A stretch of DNA of 64,000 nucleotides from Octopus vulgaris (lineage: Eukaryota): the NCBI GenBank assembly GCA_951406725.2, contig OX597825.1, forward strand, positions 46,438,001 to 46,502,000. The letters are read 5' to 3'. This document shows, one piece after another, positions 54,796 to 64,000 of the stretch. Below the pieces are notes generated by a model that saw only the letters and a program-made list of their open reading frames with translations, searched no databases and was not told the DNA's origin. Position 1 is the stretch's first letter. Every line of letters starts with the position of its first letter. The position numbers and the translations under genes were made by a program.

Positions 54796-55232
54796 CACAG
54801 ATAGAGAAATTAAGGCCAACAGACCAGATATAGTTATCAGAGATCATGAAGAAAAAAAATGCTTTCTAATTGATGTATCAATACCAGCAGATGACAACGT
54901 GTCTCTAAAAGAAATGGAGAAACTCTCAAAATACAAAGACCTGGAAATAGAGGTAACTAGAATGTGGAATCTGAAAACAGAAACAATTCCTATCATAGTA
55001 GGTGCATTAGGCATGATAAAAAAATATTCAGACAAATACATAACAAAAACACCAGGACTTACAAACACATATAACATACAGAAAATTGCACTACTAGGCA
55101 CTGCACACATCCTACGCAGAACACTTTCCATACAATAACCATCAGAACATCACAACAAATCACAGCACATACCCAAGGCACACAGAGCTGCGCTTGGTAG
55201 TGAAGTGAAAGCACGCTATAAAAATAAAACTA

Positions 55233-55262
<30 letters not shown>
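54793..55262 (+). mobile_element. Second, less decayed 5'-truncated family A copy in tandem in the (TAA)n tail
   Basis: Repeats 54315-54790 with intact RPDIVI, KYKDLEIE, IPIIVGALG; own (TAA)n tail. Confidence 0.88.
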
Positions 55263-55268
<6 letters not shown>

Positions 55269-55778
55269 TTATCGACTTGAACATCAGATAATATGTGTGT
55301 GTGAGTATACATATACATATACATATGTATGTGGAAAGGAAGAAAAGAGAAAGAGAAAAAAAAAATGTAAACAGGTTTGACCTTTTACTGACCATTAATG
55401 TCCTTTGTCTCCACCATCTGCTGAATCTATTTATAGACCCATAGAACATGACCTCTTTAACCAACTATTCCCCCACACAATGGCAGTAGTGGTGATGATG
55501 GTGGCTGTGACTACACATAAAACAATATCATTGATGATGGTGATGGTGATGTTGATGATGATGATGATGGTGATGATGGTGATGGTGATAGTAATAACAA
55601 TAATAACTGACAGATCCCTTTTTTTTTCCTTCTCATTTTACTCTCATTATTTCGAACTAATACAGACAGAGTGAGCCTTTTATAAGTTTAAAAGAGGAAG
55701 GGAAAAGAAGGAAGGAAAAAAGGGAAGAAGGAGATAGAGAGAAAGAGAGAGGAAAAAAGGAAGAGAAGGAGGAAAAAA

Positions 55779-58670
55779 ATGTTTGGAGATAAAACTATCA
55801 ACAAAAATAATACAGCCGAATACAGATCTGCTAGCCTTAAGAAGCAATGCTTATGTGTAGAGAACCCTAAACTGACAGATCCATCTCCTAATGTAAGAAT
55901 GGAAGCTCGTTATGCTTCAATGTCAACAAATCAAACTATAAACCGCATTGGTCGTCACGCGGATTACAAAAGACCACGTACCCGAAAATTGAACCAAATT
56001 CTGATTGAAAAATCAGCTACTGGATCAAATCTTCCCAACACACAGGAACTGGACGTACCCCACAACCGGAATATTCCAACAGATGGCCATCCATGCTCGT
56101 CACCAAATAATCAAAAGAAAAAGAAGGAAAAATGGTCTAGGGAAGATAATAAAGAAGTTCTTGAGGCCTTCTACCATGCCATATATTTCCCAACAGATAA
56201 ATATAACACTGTACAAACATACTTAAACTGGAGACAGAAACACCCTGAAGTAAGACCTTACATAGACAGTAACAAACTTGCCAACATCAGAAGAAACATT
56301 ATAAAAAAAAAATTACTGACTGAAGTAGAGATTGATCAAGTTAGACAAGCAATATTGGATAAAATGAACGAAGCTGCAGCTAGAGAAGATAATACAGAGG
56401 AAATAATTATAGACCAGCCCAGGGCTGATAAAAACGAAGTAAGGATTGAAAGAGTTAGTATAAGTGATAGGCAAAGTGAAATACTCCCTGAACCAATCAT
56501 AAACACTAAGACAGATGAACATCAAATAGATAAAGAAAGTCACACAAATATTGACCCAACAGAACTACATGAGCTAAAAAATCAAATCATGATTGAATGG
56601 CTGAAAATTAAAGAAACCAGCATGGATGAACGTGATACACTCCCTAAAATCTACAACTCTAACCAAAACATGAAAATAATTGGTAAAATCCGGCTTGCAC
56701 TTAAGGATATAATTTCAGCTAATGATGTTGATATCACAAATCTCAACCACCTATACTATGCATCTGCGAAAATCTCAACGATCCTATGTGGTGTAAAGAT
56801 TAGAAAACGGCAACATTCCCACAAAAAGCCTTCTTGGCAAGAGCGTTTGCAACAACAAATTAAACTATTTAGATCTGACATTGAATATTTGAAAAACCTT
56901 AAGGTTCACAAGACTATCAAACCTACAAAAACCCAAAAATTACTGAAAAAATACAATATGAAAACTATACTTGATATTGATGCCACCATAGAAACCATCA
57001 AACAAAAGGTATCTGCCAAAGCTGCCCGCATAGCGAGGTATGAAAAGTGTGTTAGATTTTTCAAGGACAACAACATGTTCAAAAATAACCCCAAGAATTT
57101 TTACAGGAAGATAGGAAAAACAGCGTTTACTGCAAGGTCTGTACCATCAAAAGAAGAAGTGCAAGGATTTTGGAATAAAATTTGGGCAGAAGAAAAAACA
57201 CACAATGAAAAGGCCCCCTGGATTGACAGAATATCTACAGAACTGGACCCCTTAGAAGAGCAAAAGTGAGAGGGTGTCAAGGTAGAGGATATAAGATCTG
57301 CTCTCAGGTCAAGCAAATGGAAGTCTCCAGGAAAGGATAAAATTCTTAACTTCTGGCTGAATGCCTTCCCAGAGAGCCATGAACTGCTAACAGAACTGTA
57401 CAATGATGTGTTGCAACACCCTAGTAGGATGCCTCCTTGGCTAGTTAATGGGTTAACATTCCTGCTTCCAAAAAGTGAAGAAACAATGAACCAAAAAACT
57501 ATAGACCCATAACCTGCTTAACAACTATGTATAAAATGCTAACATCTATCCTGACGGAATATACTTATAGTTTTTTAACAGACAGTAGCATATTCCCTAA
57601 TGAACAGAAAGGATGTAAACGTGGATCCTACGGCTATAAATGTGCAAAAGCTACCTTTATCAAAGGAAAAATGACAGAAACATCTAACGTTAACCTTGAC
57701 CAGCAGAATGTCATAAAAGAACTAGACTCAGCGGAGAGCTACAAGTTCCTAGGGGTAATTGAAGGGAACGGAATAAGGCATTCAGAGATGAAGGAAAGGA
57801 TCAGGAGAGAATGTTATCGAAGAGTGAGAGCAATACTCAAGACAGAGCTGAATGCAAGAAACAGGATCGAAGCGATCAATGCTTTAGCCATACCAGTCGT
57901 GACTTACAGTTTCAATATCGTTAACTGGTCAATTACTGAAATATGTCAGTTCGACAGAAAAATAAGAAAACTGTTGACAATGCATAGAATGCACCACCCT
58001 AAGGCAGATACAGAACGACTTTATCTGCCAAGAAAAGAGGGAGGCCATGGTCTTTTGCAACTGGCAATAACAATGAAGATTGCTACAATTGGCCTAGACA
58101 CCTACCTGAAAAAATCTGAGGACTGGATGTTAAAACGTGTCTCAAAACATGAAAACAAGAAAGCATCATACTCAGTAACAAAACAGGCAAAGGAATATCT
58201 AAGTGAATTCCGAATACAACAAATTTCGGAATTAGAGATAGACATACAAGAAACAAGCACAGAAAAAGCTAGGCGCATGAAAACCCATGCCAAAACTGCG
58301 GCCTTAGATATTCTGAATAATAAATGGCAAGAAAAACCTCTCTATGGCAAATACCCAAAGAGAGCAAATAATGCAGATATTGACAAAACCCTGACCCATC
58401 AATGGCTAATGGCCTCTGGCTTAAAATCTGAAACAGAAGGGTTTATCATAGCAGCTCAAGATCAATGCCTACCAACAAGAAACTACCGGACCAACATATT
58501 AAAGAACGGCAGTAGCCCAACATGTCGTGTATGCCGACAACAAAATGAAACCATTGATCATGTTGTCTCCAAATGCAGTCTTGTAGCGCCTACAGAATAC
58601 TTCAACAGGCATGATAGAGCTGCACAATATATTCACTAGGTAATTTGCAAAAACCTGGATTTGCCCCATG
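55779..58670 (+). mobile_element. Dong/R4-type retrotransposon family B with internal RT deletion and 3' truncation
   Basis: 496-aa N-terminal ORF, then WKSPGKDKILNFW, YRPITCL, QKGCKRGSYG joined directly to KCAKATF (RT core missing), [17 protein letters not shown]. Confidence 0.9.
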
Positions 58671-58702
58671 AAAAAACTCTCTCTCTCTCTCTCTCTCTCT
58701 AC

Positions 58703-58733
<31 letters not shown>

Positions 58734-58837
58734 CATATATATATATATATATGTATATATATACATATACATATATACATATATATATATAAATGTATAT
58801 ATATGTGCATATATCTATATATACAGGTATATATATT

Positions 58838-59213
58838 CTTTTTATTCTTTTATTCTTTTACTTGTTTTAGTCATTTGACTGCGGCCGTACTGGAGCATCG
58901 CCTTTAGTGGGGCAAATCGACCCAAGACTTATTCTTTGTAAGTCTGGTACTTATTTTATTGGTCTCTTTTGCTGAACTGTGAGGATGTAAACACACCTGC
59001 ATCGGTTGTCAAGTGACAAGCACACAAACACACACACACACACACACGCACACACAATGGACTTCTTTCAGTTTCCATCTACCAAATACACTCACAAGGC
59101 TTTGGTTGGCCTGAGGTTATAGTAGAAGACACTTGCCCAAAGTTGCCACACAGTGGGACTGAACCTGGAACCACATGGTTGGTAAGCAAGCTACTTACCA
59201 CACAGCCACTCCT
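58838..59213 (-). mobile_element. tRNA-derived SINE
   Basis: Minus-strand head AGGAGTGGCTGTGTGGTAAG (A box) ... GGTTCAGTCCC (B box), internal (TG)n, A-rich tail AAAAGAAT repeats; resembles the abundant octopus SINEs (recalled). Confidence 0.8.
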
Positions 59214-60110
59214 AGAAGTGTTGAGATGTTGAGATGTATTGAAAGATACAGATAGGGTAATAATTTTATTCACAAACGCATAATCACAGGGATGTGAGTT
59301 CGAGTCTCATGGCTGGCCATCGAAAGCTTTTTCTGCAAAATATGTGTAGTTCATCCTGTTCATGCTATATTATTAGCATTATCCTGTGTTTGAAAATAAA
59401 ATTATTTCCCTATCTGTATATATAAATATATATATATGTAAAATGATTAAATAGTGCAATATAATAGTATTGCTTCCTAGTAAAACAAAGCACCATCAGG
59501 TTAAAGTAGAAATAAGATAGTTGTACAACAACGCACCAATATTTACTGGAAATAGCAGTTGATACTATACAACGCTATATATAGTAAACTTCAGTGTATA
59601 TATATACTGGCAAAATGTTATCGGGCATAGAAAATTTCATCTTACCTATAGGAAGAACATTAAATAAATGTACAACCCAGATGTGGATAATCTACCACCT
59701 AGATTTCAAACTTTCCAAATTACGTTTGTTAACATAAATTTGATTAGTTCTCATTGGCTATATTTACCTGGATAAAAACTCAAATGTCGCTACATCAATA
59801 CCAGTATATACTTGTCTGAAACACCTAGCCATTAACAGACCAAGAACAGGTCCTAGATTATCCACATTTATATAGTTCAAATTTACAGAAAATAAAAGAC
59901 AAAGACAGGTGAAGGAACAACAAGCAGGTGTTTTAGTCTAAAGCTCAAGAAGAATGTGAAAGTCTTTGATGTTTCGAGCCTATGCTCTTCAATAGAAAGC
60001 ATTAAGAGTTAAGAAATTGGAGAGAGAAAAAATATGACTAGGGATTAATGGTTCAACATGCTGAAATGCATATACACTTACGTACTTACATACATGCATA
60101 TATATATATA

Positions 60111-61364
60111 CAGGACTTGGACAAAATAATGGAAACATCTAGCATCATAGCTTCATAATTTTGAAATATCTATAAAACCGTCAAAAGCTTGTTTATTTTT
60201 ATGTTTTTGATTTATCATTAGTGTTGCTTAATATGTTTTGCGAAAATTGCTGTTTCTTTTCAGATATAATCAGAAAAAGGTAATTAAAATTCATTAAAAT
60301 GACACATCTATCAGACTTTCAAAGAGGTCAAATTGTTGGTGCTCGTATGGCAGGCATTAGCTTAATGAAAACAGCTGAAAGGTTTGGTGTATCAAGAAGT
60401 ACTGACTTGAAAGTAATGACAGTCTTTGAGAAAGAGGGAGAAATCTCCTCATTGAAACAAAACTCCAGAAGGAAACCAAAACTTTCAGATAGGGACCGTC
60501 GGACTCTTATGTGATTTGTTAGAAAGGATCTCAAAAGTACAGCTCCCAAAATTACTGCAGGGGTTAATGATCACCTTGAGAATCCAGTTTCCACAAAAGC
60601 AGTTTGCTGGGAGCTGCACAAAGCTGGATTTCATGAGAGGGATGCAATCAGAAAACCACTGCTTTCAAAAACAAACATTGCAAAGCGTTTAGATGTGTAA
60701 AAACCTAAAGAATTGGTCCCTAAAGCAGTGGAAGAATGTTATTTTCTCAGACGAGTCATCCTTTACCTTATTTCTAACCACCAGTATACATGTGGAAACA
60801 GTCAAAAGAAGCATTTAACCCAGACTGCCTTCTTCCAACATGGAGGAAGATCTGTGATTATCTGGTAGGGTGGGGGCTGTATCTTAGAAATCTGCAGGCC
60901 CAATGGTTTCCCTTCATCGCAGAATTAATAGTCAAGACTATTTAAGCATTTTATCTGATCAAATTCATCCTATGGTTGCGGAATTGTTTCTGAAGGGAAA
61001 CACAATCTTTCAGGATGATAATGTACTAATTCACACAGCTAAGGTTGCTACTGAATGGTACGAGGAACATTCTAGTGAAGTTGAACATCTTATCTGGCCA
61101 CCACAGTCCCAAGATCTCAATATTATTGAACATTTATGGAAAAACAAGTAAAGAGTCAATATCCTCCACCATCATTACAACAAGAACTAAAGACTGTTTT
61201 AATTGAAGAATGGACAAAAATTCCTTTGGAAACAATTCAAACTTTGTATGAGCCCATATCTTGTAGAATTGAAGCTGTAATTACTGTCAAAGGTGGTCCT
61301 ACCCCATATTAAAATAAATTTGTTTGAAATTTTAAAGTATTTCCATTATTTTGTCCAACCCCTG
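60111..61364 (+). mobile_element. Tc1-like DNA transposon, full length, pseudogenised transposase
   Basis: TIRs CAGGACTTGGACAAAATAATGGAAA / TTTCCATTATTTTGTCCAACCCCTG; MTHLSDFQRGQIVG HTH, FSDESSF, FQDDN, WPPQSQDLNIIEHLW (DD34E). Confidence 0.93.
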
Positions 61365-61366
61365 CA

Positions 61367-61402
<36 letters not shown>

Positions 61403-61430
61403 TGTATGTATGTATGTATGTATGTATGTA

Positions 61431-63095
61431 TCATCATCATCATCATTTAACATCTGCTTTCCATGCTAGCATGGGTTGGATGGTTTGACTGAGGACTGGC
61501 GAGCCAGATGGCTGCATCAGGCTCCAATCTGATCTGGCAGAGTTTCTCCAGCTGGATGCCCTTCCTAATGCCAACCACTCCGAGAGTGTAGTGGGTGCTT
61601 TTATGTGCCATCAGCATGAGGGCCAATCTGGAGGTACTGGCCATGCTCAAGTGGTGTTTTTATGTGCTGCTTGCACAGGATCCAGTCCAGCGGCACTGGC
61701 AACGACTTTGCTTGAATGTTGCTTTTCATGTGCCACCAGCACAAGTGCCAGTAAGGTGATGCTAGTAATGATCATGCTCGAATGGTGCTTTTTACGTGCC
61801 ACTGACATGGGAGCCAGTCAGCGGTCCTGGCAATGATCATGCCTGGATGGTGCTCTTAATGTACCACTAGCATGGATGCCAGTCAAGCAGTGCTATCATT
61901 GGCCACTTCAGCAAATTTGCTTTCAACTTCACTTGCCTCAACAGGTTTTTGCAAGCAAAGTTTAGTGTCCAATGAAAGAAAGGTACGCGTAAGTGGGCTG
62001 GTTACACCACTGGCATAGGCCACGGGTTATGGTCTCACTTGGTTTGCCGGGTCTTCTTAAGCACAGCATATTTCCAAAGGTCTCGGTCACTAGTCATTGC
62101 CTTGGTGAGGCCTAACGTTTGATGATTGTGCTTTACCACCTCATCCCAGGTCTTCCTGGGTCTATCTCTTCCACAGGTGCTAGGGTGTGACACTTTTTCA
62201 CACAGCTATCCTAATCCATTCTCACCACATGACCATACCAGCACAGTTGTCTCTCTTGCACACCACATCTGATGCTTCTTAGGTTTAACTCTCCTCTCAA
62301 GGCACTTACACTCTGTCATGTATACACTCTGACATTACACATCCAGTGGAGCATACCGGCTTCATTCCTTGCAAGCTTATGCCTGTCCTCAGCAGTCATG
62401 GTCCATGCTTCTCACTGCCATCTAGCATGGTTGTTCATACACATGCTTCATACAGTCTACCTTTTACTCTGAGCGATAGGCCCTTTGTCACCAGCAGAGG
62501 TAGGAGCTCTCTGAACTTTGCCCAGGCTATTCTTATTCTAGCAGCTACACTTCAGAACATCCACCCCTACTACTAACTCGGTCACCCAGGTAACAGAAGC
62601 TGTCAACTTCTTGCAGTTTTTCTCCCTGGAATGTGGCAGAAGTTGTTCTCTGCACATTTTCAGTGTTTATTACTCCTGAGCATCTGCCACATACAAAAAC
62701 TATTTTCCCAGTTAGCTTCCCTTTGATATTCTGCACCTCTTATGTGTCCATAGGTTACACTGGGTACATCTTATAGAGTTTCTACCTTTGCCTTTTCTAC
62801 AGATGAGCTGGGCCATCTTCCTGAAGGCATTTGTGGTTTGTCTGACTTCCTACTTATTAAGACTGGTTTTAGCTAGGTTGACTCTAAGGCCCTTCGATTC
62901 TAATCCTTGCTTCTACACCTGAAACGTCTCCTCTAGTTCTGATAGTGACTCAGCAATTAGAGCAAGGTCATCAGCATAGAGGAGCTCCCAGAGGCATCCT
63001 GTCTAGAATTTCTCTGTTATTGTCTGGAGGACTATGATAAATAGGAGGGGGCTGAGGACCGAACATTGGTGGACCCCTACCTCTACCCGGAATTC
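61431..63095 (-). mobile_element. 5'-truncated degenerate RTE LINE with (GAT)n tail
   Basis: GVHQCSVLSPLLFIIV, WELLYADDLALIAES, VDSFCYLGD, Cys-rich insert; 3' tail (CAT)n on plus at 61431. Confidence 0.88.
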
Positions 63096-63409
63096 TTAAA
63101 TATATATATATATATATATATATAGCTGGATTCATATAGTTTTTGTCTATAAATCCACTCCATGGAGTTATAACAGAAGACACCTGATCATGGTGCCATG
63201 CATTGGGATAAAAAAGAGAGGTGGGATGGATGATTGAGTTGTTATAACTACCCACTTGCTACATATTGCTAGTGTACAATACATAGTAAGCAGAGACATA
63301 TGACTTAGTATTACCCTCCACTCTAAGGATCTCATCCTTTCATTGATAAAATGATTAGTGTCATTTTAATGGTGTTAATTACCTTCACTTTTGGTTGAAC
63401 ATTTAAGAA

Positions 63410-63600
63410 CATGATATACATATTGGTGAGACATCTAGAAACATTGCAGAGAGACTAAATGAACATTTGAGACAAAAAAACAGTGCTCCATACTCTACCA
63501 ACATGCCAAAGACCAACATGGAGGCACAATGGGTCAACTTGATATCTGCATTTTAGCCAAGCATCTGAAGGACCCAACACTCAGACAATACAGGAGTACA
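63410..63600 (+). mobile_element. Penelope-like GIY-YIG endonuclease relic
   Basis: Translates HIGETSRNIAERLNEHLRQK then (frameshift) SILYQHAKDQHGG...ILAKHLKDPTLRQ, matching the YIGETxRxxxxRxxEH pattern. Confidence 0.7.
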
Positions 63601-63872
63601 TCCCCATAGAGATCATAATTATTAATGCTTTTACATGTTTTTCTCAGATACAGTTTGAAGTAATCCTCATTGATATTGTATTTTTGTGTCAGTGTATTTT
63701 GTGTGATTGTACAGTACATGTGCAGGACATGGATGAAGGGTAAATCTTCATGAATAATACACTATGTCTGATCTTTATTTGCTAATATCATAGATTATTG
63801 ATATATTTTGTGACACTTCCTCTACAAATCTGTATGGTACATTAACTTAGACACGTAGTTATAAAATAATTC

Positions 63873-64000
63873 CATCATCATCATCATTTAATGTCTGTCT
63901 TCCATGCTGTCATGGGTTGGATGGCTTGACAGGAGCTGGTGAGGCAGAAGACTGCATTGTACTTCTGAGTCCGTTTTGACATGGTTTTTATGGCTGGAAG
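63873..64000 (-). mobile_element. RTE-type 3' tail fragment
   Basis: CATCATCATCATTTAATGTC...TCCATGCTG.CATGGGTTGGATGG as at 61431-61490. Confidence 0.7.

Noticed and set aside
59140-59213. tRNA gene
   Set aside because: A and B boxes are the head of a SINE; no complete cloverleaf

Overview
AT-rich, repeat-dense animal genomic DNA; the SINE, RTE tails and microsatellite style suggest a cephalopod such as Octopus (inference from recall, no search run). Three phase-compatible + strand exons (5893-6026, 44865-46088, 50624-50782) encode the N-terminal part of an M13 neprilysin/ECE-like type II membrane peptidase with an unusual ~400-aa Ser/Thr/Pro-rich stalk. The introns are filled with mobile DNA: two degenerate Gypsy LTR elements, CR1, RTE and Dong/R4-type LINEs, mariner and Tc1 elements, MITEs, Helitron-like ends, a tRNA-derived SINE and a Penelope GIY-YIG relic. 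There is also a ~17 kb near-homogeneous 366-bp satellite, possibly carried inside a Helitron. The main result is a set of hammerhead ribozymes read directly from the sequence. Six identical type I hammerheads lie in a 533-bp ORF-less tandem array that inverts in the middle and is bounded by (TA)n (retrozyme or Penelope pseudo-LTR-like). A separate minimal hammerhead carries the compensatory U3:A8 core variant in a 365-bp terminally redundant element, and further decayed relics occur elsewhere.
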